The notes below the pieces were generated by a model, which was not told the origin of the DNA, did no database searches, and saw only the letters and a list, made by a program, of their open reading frames with translations. Positions 26,912-38,634 of a DNA stretch of 64,000 nt are shown here, in pieces; the stretch's first letter is position 1; each line of letters opens with the position of its first letter. A program made the translations under genes and the position numbers. The stretch comes from Glaucostegus cemiculus (Eukaryota): the NCBI GenBank assembly GCA_976551045.1, contig CDPCPM010000007.1:21576001-21640000 (forward strand), given 5' to 3'.

Positions 26912-29900
26912 AGAATATACAACTCTAAGCAGTACAGCACAGGAACAGGCTCTTCAGCCCACAACGTCTGTGCTGCGCATGATGCCAAATTAAACTAATC
27001 CCTTCTACCTGCACTTGATCCACATCCCTCCATTCCCTGCATATTCATGTGCCTGTCTAAAAGCTTCTTCAACACCCTATTGTATCTGCTTCTACTACCA
27101 CCCCTGGCAGCACAAGATCACAAGATAATGGAGCAGAAGCAGGCCACTCGGCCCATCGAGTCTGCTCCAAAGGGAAGGGAGGGTGGGGAAAAAAGAGGGA
27201 AAAAGAGGATGAAAAAGAATGAAAAGAAACCTATTCTAACTCCAAATTCCTGCCTTGTCTCCATATCCCTTGATACCTCAACCAATTAGTTATCTATCTA
27301 TATCCTTCTTGAATATCCCCAATGATCTGGCCCCTGCTGCTATCTGTGGTAAGGAGTTCCACAGGTTCACCACCCTCTGGCTAAAGAAATTCCTCCTTAT
27401 CTCTGTTTTGAACCCGCTTCCTCTAATTCTAAGGTTGTGCCCTCTAGTCCTGGACTCCCCCACCAAGGGAAACAGCTTGACCACATTCACTTTGTCCATT
27501 CCTTTCAACATCTTATACGTTTCTATTAGGTCCCCTCTCATTCTCCTGTACTCCAACGAGTACAGTCCAAGTGACGACAGTCGCTCATCATATGTAAGCC
27601 TTTTCATCCCAGGAATCATCCTAGTAAATCTCCTCTGAATCCTCTCCAACATCAGCACATCCTTCCTAAGATATGGGGCCCAAAACTGTACACAGTACTC
27701 TAAATGAGGCATCACCAGTGCCCCGTATAGCCTCATCAACACTTCTTTGCTTTTATATACTATACCCCTCGAAATAAATGCCAACATAGCATTTGCTTTC
27801 CTTACCGCCGATCCAACCTGGTGGTTAACCTTTAGGTTATCCTGTATGAGCACCCCTAAGTCCCTTTGTACTTCTGTACTTCCAATTTTATCTCCTTCTA
27901 GATAATAGTCTGCCTGTTTATTTCTACTTCCGAAGTGCACAACTGCACATTTTTCCACGTTGAACCTCATCTGCCATTTCCTCGCCCATTCTCTTAGACT
28001 ATCCAAGTCTCTGTAACTTTCCTGTCTCTTCACTACTCTCCACTCCTCCCCCAATCTTAGTGTCATCCGCAAACTTAGCCACAAACCCATTTACTCCTTC
28101 GTCTAAATCATTAATATACAAGGTAAAAAGAAGGGGCCCCAATACCGACCCCTGCGGGACACCACTAGTAACCGGCAGCCAACCAGAACAGGAACCTTTT
28201 ATTCCTACTCTCTGCTTCCTACCAACCAGCCAACATTCCACCCATTCTGTTATCCTGCCTGTTATTCTGTGATCTCTCATCTTACTAATTAGTCTTTTGT
28301 GTGGCACCTTGTCGAATGCCTTCTGAAAGTCTAAATACACTACATCTATGGCTTCTCCCTTGTCCACCCTGCCTGAGATTACTTCAAAAAGCTCCAATAA
28401 GTTGGTCAGACAGGATCTTCCCTTCACGAACCCATGTTGACTAGGACCTATCTTGCCTTGCACCTCCAGGTATTCCATCACCTCGTCCTTGAGGATCGAT
28501 TCTAGTATCTTCCCCACCGCAGTCGTAAGACTGATAGGTCTGTAATTTCATTTATGCTGTCTCCCACCTTTCTCATACAACAGAACTACATCCGTGACCC
28601 TCCAGTCCTCTGGAACCACGCCAGTGTCTATCGATTCCTGAAAAATTATCACTAATGCCTCCACTATTTCTAAAGCTACTTCCTTCAATACCCGGGGATG
28701 TATTTCATCTGGTACTGGAGACTTATCAGTCTTTAACCCATTTAGCTTCCCCAACACTTTCTCTCTAGTAATCTTAACTGAACTCAGTTCTGTCCCTCGA
28801 GACCCTTGATTAACCAGTATATTATTAATATCTTCCACCGTGAAGACTGACGCAAAATACTGATTTAGCACCTCCGTCATCTCTTTATCATCCATAATAA
28901 TCTCTCCCGCACCATTATCTATTGGTCCTATATCAACCTGTGTCTCTCTTTTACTCCTTATCCACATTTGTGTCCTATTTCCATTTAAAACCTTTTTTCT
29001 TGGAATGTATCTATCCTGCATTTTCCTTAAGTCTTGCTGAAATTCCACCCATTTTTGTTCTGCCGTCCCTCCAGCAACCTTATATTTCCAATCAATCTGG
29101 GCCAACTCTTCTCTCATCCTTCTGTAATTCCCCTTGTTACACTGAAATGTTGACACTCCAGTCATCAGCTTCTCATTTTCAAATTTCAATTTGAACTCAA
29201 TCATATTATGGTCACTAGTTCCTAATGGTTCCTTTACCCTTAGTTCTCTAATCACCTCCAGTTCAACACCCAATCCAAAACAGCCGATCCCCTGGTGGGC
29301 TCATCAACAAGTTGCTCCAAAAAGCCATCCCGTAAACATTCAACAAACTCGCTCTCCTGAGAACTGCTGCCTTGCTGGGTTTCCCAGTCCACCTTCATGC
29401 AACAGCCACTCTATGTGTAAAATTTGCTCCATAGACCCCCTTTAAACATTCCCCTTTAATCTTTCCTCTTCTCACCTTAAAGCCATACCCTCTAGTATTT
29501 GACATTTTTACCCTGGAGAAAAGATTCTGACTGTCTACCCTATCTACGCCTTTCACGATTTTATAAACTTCTATCAGGTCTCCCCTCAGCCTCCAACACT
29601 CCAGAGAAAACAACCCAAGTTTGTCCAAATTCTCCTTATAGCTAATACCCTCTAATCCAGGCAGCATCCTGGTAAACCTCTTCTGAACCCTCCCCAAAGC
29701 CTCCAAATCCTTCCTGTAATGGGGCAACCAGAATTGCATACAACACTTCATGCAGATTCACCAAAGATTCATATGACTGCAACATGACTTCTTGACTCTT
29801 ATACTCTATTCCCCTAGTGATGAAGCCAAACATGCCATATGCATTCTTTACCAGTCTATCTACTTGCATTGCCACTTTCAGGGAGGTATGGACTTGGACC

Positions 29901-29995
29901 CCAAGATCCCTCTGTACATCAATGCTGTTAAGAGTCCTGCCATTATCTGTATATTGTTGCCTTACATTTGACCTCCCAAAGTGCAGCATCCCACA
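26912..29995 (-). mobile_element. Older CR1 3' portion split by a younger CR1 insertion (pieces 26912-27110 and ~29400-29995)
   Basis: The 3' UTR/tail piece stops at cccctggcag. The sequence resumes at about 29400 (gccactctatgtgtaaaa) with ORFs 29395..29751 and 29642..30016 (CR1 RT C-terminus). Confidence 0.75.
27111..29395 (-). mobile_element. Younger CR1 LINE, 5'-truncated and internally deleted
   Basis: ORFs 28548..29273 (EPLGTSDHNMIEF endonuclease end), 27999..28517 ([13 protein letters not shown]...[10 protein letters not shown]...KFADDTK) and 27290..28090. Has a (cacaagat)n tail. Confidence 0.92.
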
Positions 29996-30014
29996 CCTGC
30001 TTGGATTAAACTCC

Positions 30015-30855
30015 ATCTGTGTTCAGTCTGCAGAGGTGAGCCTGTCACTTTCATTCCCCATCCCACTCTCACTCTGACAATCAGTCTGTGGCCTCCTGTA
30101 AGGACAGTAAGGCACAAAGCAAGCTTGAAGAACAGTACCTCATTTTCCATCTGGGCACATGGCTGCATTCTGGGCTTAATATTGAATTCTACAGCTTCAA
30201 GTAACTTGATTTCTTGGTCTGTATCAGTCATCCATGTGTAATATTAGCCCAGCTTGTTCTTCTTCCCCTTTTTCTCCTTACTATTTTTTCTCTCTCTCTC
30301 TGGGAGTGAAGGCCATGTTCAGCCTAACCTGCTGGGCATGTCTTCCTGCCATTTTACAACTCCCATATTCTTTTGTCTATGTTATTTTGTCTATATTCTC
30401 ACCCTTTACTTGTTTATTGACCAGATAATTGTTATGTTTGTTCTTCATCCAAGAGACAAACTTGGCGTGATTTTAACAACTGAACATTTTATTAAATTAA
30501 CAAAACAAAGCGTACAGACTCACAGGCTGCAATTGAGAGACTGACTCCCTCCTGCTCTTTCCAGCTACTTCCTGTTCCCCATGTGACCCCTTGCATTGCC
30601 TGCTGGGAACTGTAGTTTTTTTTATTATAACTAGGTAACAAACACATAATAACACAAGAACCTTGTTCACAGCTTGGCCACCTTGGTTTTTACCCTAGCG
30701 GAGACATATCCCCTGCCCCACCCTCTCTGCAGCTTTACAAGCTTCTTTTGTCACCTTTTCGGAACTAATAAAGGGTCTCCAATCTGAAATGTTAACAGTT
30801 TCTCTTCCCACAGATGCAGTTGAACCTGCTGAGTTCTTCCAGCTTTTCTCAATTG
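30015..30855 (+). mobile_element. Penelope-like element 3' remnant, interrupted by a solo LTR
   Basis: aagcttgaagaacagtacctcattttccatctgggcaca (KLEEQYLIFHLGT, GIY-YIG C-terminus), and terminal sequence ending cagatgc...cctgctgagttcttccagc. Confidence 0.65.
30430..30654 (-). mobile_element. Probable solo LTR (~220 bp)
   Basis: TGTTAT...ATAACA termini; an alternative end at 30646 would give a TAAT target duplication. AATAAA on the - strand. It interrupts Penelope-like sequence. Confidence 0.55.
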
Positions 30856-31507
30856 CTTTAAAAAAGCTCAGGAGCACAAGAAGAGTTGATACAAAATTCT
30901 ATCTGTAGAGGGCAGCATTGGCTTTGGAACAAGAGGTGTAACACTATTGCTAACCTGTTTTCAGCATTTCCTTTATTTTTTGATTGAGGCCGTGACTTTA
31001 AGTGTTTATATGTATACCCAAATGTACTTATCACATGTGCAGATTTACCTATATTATGCATCACCTTTGTTCTGACAGAGATTTTATATTGAATTTAAGC
31101 ATGGTGGCCTTGAGCAGAATAAAAAAATAAATTCCATTTAAGAACTATGGATTTAAAAAAGCTCCAATTCTATTAATCCTAGAGAGTCACAAATATCCTG
31201 GTCCCTTTTACTATTCAATAATCTCAAGTGGAAAATTGTGAGATTCAGGCAAGGACGAGTTGAGCTTGATTTCCTGCTTATTCTGATTAGGATCTGGGGT
31301 CACACATTGGAAATGGGTCTTGGAAGGTATCAGCTCCATCCATGGATGAGCATCTACCTTCAGGAGAAGTTTGTAGCTTCAAAAAAACTGGAAAAGGAAT
31401 AAGTTTACGTAACTTACATTTCTGCTTTTATAAACATGGACAAATATAATGAGAGAAAATCAGTGAACCAAACATGCCATGGTGGACTAAGAAAATCTTC
31501 TTGCAAA

Positions 31508-31820
31508 AGACCATAAGACCATAAGACAAAGGAGCAGAAGTCGGCTATTTGGCATATCGAGTCTGCTCCGCCATTCTATCATGAGCTGATCCATTCTCCC
31601 CTTTAGCCTCGCTACCCCGCCTTCTCACCATAACCTTTGATGCCCTGGCTACTCAGATACCTATCAATCTCTGCCTTAAATACAGCCATGACTTTGCCTC
31701 CACAGCCACCCGTGGCAACAAATTCCACAGATTCACCACTCTCTGGCTAAAGAAATGTCTCTGCATCTCTGTTCTGAATGGGCGCCCTTCATCCTGATGT
31801 AGTGCCCTCTTGTACTAGAA
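31508..31820 (-). mobile_element. CR1 3' fragment
   Basis: (gaccataa)n tail followed by a CR1-type 3' UTR and the ORF2 end (ttcaccactctctggctaaag). Confidence 0.85.
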
Positions 31821-32289
31821 AATGCATTCTGTTCTTCAGGAATCAACAGGAGGTATTTTATGAGATGTTTTAGGAGGGGCAAAGCTTTGATCTTCAGTTG
31901 TATCCAACTCAAACATCCCAATGTAACAAGAATTTGCCTCTCAAAAAAAGATCAAACAGATTAAGTCTCACAAACCATGACGTTTTGTTGCAAAAAAGAA
32001 ACTTCTGGTGGAACTCAGCATGCCAAGCAACACATGTGGAGGTAGATGGATGGCTGACGTTTCAGTTCAAGAATTTGCATCAGAGTCTTGACCTGAACTG
32101 TTCACCATCCACAGATGCTGACTGACCCAGTTGGTTCCTCCAACAGTTGCTTTATCGCTCCAGAATACAGCATCTGCCATCTCTTGTGTCTCTGTGATAC
32201 TTTGTTTCAATTTGCAAGGGTTTTCAAAAAATGGAAATTAGCAATGATACTCTTAATTGACAAAATCTTGAAAACAATCACCACCACAA

Positions 32290-32575
32290 GGGTAGCTTCT
32301 AGCCCATTGTCATAAGATTCTTGAATGGTCCTCTTGCACTTTGAGGATAAACTCTTGACCTCACAATCTACCCCGTCATTGCACCTTATTGTCTAACTGC
32401 ACAACACTTCCTCTGTAACTGGAACTGTAACACTATATTCTGCATTCTGTTACTACATTCTGTCCCCTGTACTACTGCAAAGTACTTATGTTTTTGAAAT
32501 GATCTATATTGATGGCTTGCAGAACTAAATTTTTCACTGTCTTTCTACATGTGACAATAATAAACCAATACCCAT
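32290..32575 (+). repeat. Rex1/Babar-type 3' UTR fragment
   Basis: Shared tail ending gtgacaataataaaccaatac. Confidence 0.75.
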
Positions 32576-32763
32576 AAGTACTTTACAAATGTAAGTAAAG
32601 GATTCACTGACTTAGATCATCTTATAATATTATTAGCTACAAAGTGTGGAATAGTAGCCCAATGTAACCTGGACAGAATATGTGTGTCACTTACATATTT
32701 TTCAATCACTTTGCAGGTGGAGCAAATGGAAAACATGGACTGTTGGAAAATGTAGCATGGTCT

Positions 32764-32998
32764 TGTAGCAACCCGTGCTACTGGTGTCCGAAATGCCGTT
32801 GGCCGCCGCGGGGAAATGCGCGAGTTCTCGTGATAGTGCCGGAAGTCCTGCCTTCCGGCGGGAGTATGACGTCATTTCTGCCGGCCATGTTTTCTGTAGT
32901 TCTGCATATGTGCATTTTTTTGGTGAGTTATTAAAGCGTGCTCGATCGAGTCTCCTCATCGTCGTGTTTTTCTAAGTCGCACCCTGCTGGCTGCTACA
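32764..32998 (+). mobile_element. Solo LTR related to the Gypsy element at 48937-53199
   Basis: TGTAGC...GCTGCTACA, 235 bp, aligns end to end with the Gypsy LTRs. Flanks GTCT/GTTT form a 4-bp target duplication with one mismatch. Confidence 0.92.
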
Positions 32999-33789
32999 GT
33001 TTCATCTTATTTCAACGCAATGTATGTCAACCCAAATTTTTGTTAGGCATTAACATACACTTCAGGAATTTTTGTGTGCAAACTTCGTTTTACACAGCTA
33101 TTGCAAAGAATATCAGTGAACATGTAATTTTTCAAGAATGTAGCTGATTTATTTTGTAATAAGATGATAATGCAGAGCTGAAATTATGATTAGATATCCT
33201 TAAATCTGCCAGTCTAACTTATACTCATAACACAAAGAAAAGAACTCTACTGTTCCCCAGATAAATCAGCCATTTTAGTTGACAGATCGGGTGAATTCAA
33301 ATTACCCTTCAGCAATTCTAATGTCTTAGTATCAGCAGTAATTAGAACTGATCCCTATTCTGCGTTGACATAGTAGTTGTTCTCATTATCTTACAAACAC
33401 CAGGGAATTTAGCCAGCAAATGATTGTGAAAAGCCTTAGCTTCATTCAGCAATCACATCCATGGTTGTTTCCCAGCTTTATAGTACATATGTGTACTATT
33501 ACTACTGACTAGACCTTTCATTGAAAAAGTTGAAAACTATTCATAACAACATAATAATCAGCTATTCCACAAAGGATAATGATAACCAAAGGATAATACA
33601 TTCTTCATGATATCATAGGTACAATATAGTGATATTACTAGAAAATAATTTCATATATATTTAGCAATTCATTAAATATACAATTTGGAACAAGTAAGAA
33701 AGGGTTGTGATTTGCAGAATTGCAGTAATTATAATTTGATGGTGTTGCCATTCTAACCCAGGCTGTCATGATGGGATCATGTGATAAAT

Positions 33790-34470
33790 AGGGTTTTAAA
33801 GGAAGAGAGGAATATAGGTCAGTTAAATGAGTTAATAAAGAATGGAACTTAATGTAGGAAAAGTGAAATTGGCTATTTTGGCAGGAATAATGAAATAGAA
33901 GCATATTTTCGATACAGTGAGACATTGCAGAGCTCTGTGATGCAAAGGTTAAGTTTAAGTTATATTGGGACTAATGTGTACCATATGGGTCTCCTTATTT
34001 AAAGGAGGATACAAGTACATTGGAGATAGTTCAGAGTAAGATTTACCAGAGTAATACCTGGAATGGGTATACTGCCTTATGAGGAAAGGATGGACATGCC
34101 AGGTTTTTATCTGCTGGAGTTTTGAAGAGTAATGGTGGTTTGTTGAAACCTATTAGATCCTTATCAGGCCTTGAGAGGTGGATAAGGAGAGGATGTTTCC
34201 TCTGGGCCAACTAAGGGTTATTATTTAAAAATAAGTAGTACCCATTTAAGACAGAAGGTCTGGAGTCTATGGAATGCTCTTCCTCAAAGAGAAGTTGAAG
34301 CAGAGTCTTCAAATATTTTTAAATCAGAAGAAGATAGATCCTTGATAATGAAGGGGGTAAAAAGTTAACCTGAATGGATTGAAATGCAGGGTTGAGGTTA
34401 CAATCAAATCAACTGTGATTTTATTAAATGATGAATGAGACTTGAGGGGCTGAGGGCCTATTCTTGCTCC
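33790..34470 (+). mobile_element. Degraded CR1 3' fragment
   Basis: Residues resembling SPYLKEDT.TLEIVQ..FTRVIPGM..LPYEER, and a CR1-type tail (gggctgagggcctattcttgctcc). Confidence 0.65.
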
Positions 34471-37400
34471 AGATTCGTAATCCATACTTTCATACAAACC
34501 CATCTGCTGTAACTGTTCAGAATGGTACAGGACATTATCAGGGTTAATGGCAGTTTCCTTAATCTAAAAGAATTACTAATGTTATGTAACTTTTTTGGTC
34601 CTCTCTGTCGACATGTATAACCATTCTGAGTCAAACATAACATAGATTCGATGTGTGTTGGTAATGGTGGAAATGGATAATGTATGAATAATAATCTCAC
34701 TAGGCATAGTCCTGCTGCCAGGAAATGTCAAGCTTGCAATGTGAATTGTCTATGGAAATTCCTGGCCAAATTTCCCAGTAACTGTAATTTCAGTCAGAAA
34801 TTGTCACTAGCACGATTTACTATAGGTTAAATTGCCTTCATGCATGATTGTTAATCAATCCAGTCACTAGGTTGATGATGTCTTTTCAAAATGCAAGGAA
34901 ACCATAACTTGGTGTATAAAACTATACAACTAATTAAAATGTGCACATTTCTGAACTTTTTTAAAGTCAGAAATCTGATTTAACCAATTCATATTAATGC
35001 CTTTCCTGCTACATTATAAATAGTTATAATGAATGTATTTTTTGAAAACAAAACATAAGGAGATCAGATTAAAATCAGAAATTAAATTCCCACATAGTTT
35101 GTTTTTCCTATCTTCCCACTTTGACCCCAAAGGAGAATATGTGAATATGAACTGGATGCTTTCTTATATCTCTTATAGCTATAGCAAGAACGCTGAAGGA
35201 GTATTCATTTCTATACTTTACACAAGGAAGCTAAAAATAAGGGAAACAAACTGGCCTCTGGACATCACATACAAACATTGAGCATGGACACAAAGCTTTG
35301 ATAATAGTCAACATTTTATATATTAACCAATACAGGGACAAGTACATCAACTTGGCTTATTTTAGCTCAAACTAATTGTATATTTATCAATCAGCCTCTC
35401 TAGATAAACGTACATGGAATTATTCTCAAGTAGTGTCGTAATGCAACAGAGTGAAGTATCTACTTCCATTTCTAAGCTGTTGCAGATTCTCAATAACCAC
35501 TTCCTCAGCTCCCAGAATGACAGCTTTATCAATAAGTTCTTTCTGCCTTGGGATCTTCCTCCAATGTTTTCTCACTGCACAATCAAGAAAACTGATGTTC
35601 CAGTCTTTTCTGACCCTATAGAGTTTCACATTTTCCAGATGAACATTTCAATGCTGTGGTTCCCTTGTGGACACTGAAATCATTGCCTTTAGTTGAAGCA
35701 ACTTGCTTCCAAGTGCTACTTTCTCCTTCAGTTTCCAGCTTACTGAATAGATGATGCAATCTTTACATATGACTGATTGCCTGCTTTCCAGGTTCAGCTG
35801 GGTTTACGCACATACAACAGTTCAACTATAAATGGATCATTAACAGTAGAGCTCTGTTTTAGGCCTGTGCTTCCAAATGAAGTACATTTATGTTTATTAA
35901 GTTATCTGGCCTGGACATGTACTTGTCCTGATGTCAAATTCCCTGTATCTTAGGATATTACTCCTATAGGAATTCCTGAAAACACATAGGCCCAGAATTT
36001 CCTTGTTACTGATGTGCAAAAGTGTAGTTTCATACATTTTCTTTTTTTTCAGCATAATCAATTAAAGAAATTCTGACATAAGTGACTTGCTTCTGTTTGT
36101 GTGCTAGGCTTTAATTTCCTTGACGTTTTGTGTCTCTTCAGCACCATTGAAGTACTCATTAATATTGACAGGCCCCCCTTCAAAAGACCACATTTCTTCT
36201 ATTTACATTTCTCTGAAGGAATATAAGTATGAAGTCCACATTTTAGATATAGCAAGGCCCAAAAGGTTTTTTGTTATGAGTTTTAAGTTGTTCCAAATGC
36301 CAACTGAACTGCCAGCATTTCTCACCATAAATGCCGCCAAGTTTGGGATTCTTGTGTGAAAGCAGAAGTCCTGAACTTCCTGGACTCTCAGTGGAGAAAG
36401 AAGGTTCTCTCATTCTCCAGGAGGAATAGTGCAGAATGAAAAGCCATTTGCACGGAGCAGAAGAGCTGAGAAACAATTTTAAAATTCGTTAATATATTAA
36501 GCATATTTATTTTTAATGAATTATTTTGATATTTAATGCCAGAGACATTTAGAATCCTTAGCAAGTCTGACAGATGGCTAAGCCTGGGAGTGATTTCTGC
36601 TATTTTGTTCGTGGGGCTTGTCCTGGTCTGCTCACAGAATGGAACCAAACTGCAAAGGGCCCAACTGCATTGCAGTGTCTCACTATTTTGGATTAAGGTA
36701 TATTTGGGAAACAAGGCAATATCAGCAGATGTTGCAGGTCCATACTAACCAAATAGATCGGCAGCAAGTGCAGGGAGCTCACCACTGGCAGCAAGTTCTT
36801 CCCTTTATTTGAAGCATTTCCAACATTTTATATCACTCAGATCTGCATTGCTTCTTTTTAGCATCTTAGAGTTTGTTTATTTACCATCAGATATGTTACA
36901 TTAGAAAGCTGAAAAAGTTTTGTGATTGTAAATGCATAAATAGTGGTTCCATAGTTTAAAATTAATTAAAAGAAGATATCTCTGCCTTTTGCTCAGGCCT
37001 TGTTTGTCCAAGCAGACATTTGTTTATGTTGGTTTCTAAATTCTGTCGTATTGGTCGGAAACTTGTGTTTGATAATCTGCCAGCATCTTTGGCATGAGAT
37101 GTGGCATGAATTCTGGTGTGATGCATTGGTTATACTGTTTGAGGAAGCTCTGCTTGTAATTTCAAATTTGCCACAATAAGCACTTTACTGCATTGAATGT
37201 AACTTTAACTAGTGCTTATTTTATGTTTTGGAATCGAAAATAATTGATTGCAATATTTAAAATTTCATTTGGAAACAAAGCAGAAAAAGTCAAAGTTACT
37301 TAAAAGATGAAGTTTGAAAGTGCTAATGCCCAAAACAAAAACATGTGCATCAATGTGGTATCCAGTGAAACTGAGCAATACAGATCAATACTGTTCCATT

Positions 37401-38476
37401 TTGTCTCTGGTCAGGGTCAAACTAATAAGTTTCAAATTCAATGGCATTTGGTTACCCGGAAATTGTCCTTGTGAACAAGGTTATGCAGGGGAGAGTTCCG
37501 GCTGGATTTCCATTGCTCCTCCAGACATAATATGACCTGATACTCCACATGTGTGAACATGAAGAAAGGATCAGATTTAACTGTAATTGCTGCTCTAAAA
37601 TAACCTGCTAGCCCACAGTATTAAACCTCTGCAGTTAATCAGTTAAGCACAGTGACAAACAATGATCAGTACACTGAGATATAAATTTCAGCAGGTCAGC
37701 AAAAGAATGAGAGTGATGGTTTATAGATTACATAGATAGGCAATTTAAATTACTAAGAACACAGGACATAGAATACATGGACATTCCAACGTTAATCTAA
37801 ACAAAAGTAAACCTCATGAATCCATAAGCAATTATATTCAACTTAATTTACTGTTCATTAATAGACATTGATAATAAATTTCCCATGATTCATGTTATTA
37901 ATAAAATCCTCAGAATCTAGTTGAATGGAAATTGAGTGAATCACATTTACATTATATTCAAGCATAGCCAAAGTTCATCAAGGATGTCTTATTCTGTTTT
38001 AGTTAAATTTTTCTACTGTATCACTGTCCTAAAATGGGGAGAGAGAAGACCTTCTATTGAAGGAATATATCCCCAGATTTGGATACCGAGATGAATTAAA
38101 CTTTGGGTTTGTCTATATGTGAGTGATTCCATGTTGTAGTATATAAATTATAAGATGCATGAAGGACATCAGTTTACAAATATCACCTTAAAGTTAATCT
38201 CTTCATGAACTTACTAAAAATGGCCCTGGCTCTTTTGTTGTTTTATAGAAACAGTGCTGGTAATTTTGTGTCTTTAAATCCCAGCATTAGGGCTACCCTA
38301 ATCCTGGCAGTGCTTTGTGGATAAAGCTGTTGGATTCTTTCTGCTCCCCGTGCTGTAATTTGATCCTGGTTGTGGTCTGATTGGATGTTCAAGCTGAGTT
38401 AAACTTGCCCAGACCCCACTCTTTCAGTTCAGAATCTGCAGCTCCAGGCACTGCCACTGATCTCATCTCTCTCAGG

Positions 38477-38634
38477 ATGGGACGCAAATGTTTCCTTCTC
38501 GTAACTATTTTCTTTCTCCTCTTCCCTGAACTCTCCTCCTGCCCAAGCCGATGTCTCTGCTTCAGAACCACTGTCCGCTGTATGCACTTGATGTTGGATC
38601 ACATCCCCAAAGTAGCACCGCAGACTGTTATCCT
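38477..38634 (+). CDS. PXDNL: Peroxidasin-like gene, first coding exon (signal peptide + LRRNT)
   Basis: aggATGG Kozak-like start. Encodes [52 protein letters not shown](L), then a phase-2 GTAAGT donor. [14 protein letters not shown] is the peroxidasin LRRNT. PXDNL rather than PXDN rests on MLDHIP and the position downstream of PCMTD1. No exon 2 recognised in the window. Confidence 0.82.

Noticed and set aside
35414-35750. Possible - strand exon of a hidden gene
   Set aside because: Stops in the frames I read and no recognisable protein similarity.
38381-38476. N-terminal extension of ORF 38381..38638
   Set aside because: It starts at TTG. The ATG at 38477 has good context and directly precedes a signal peptide, so this stretch is treated as 5' UTR.
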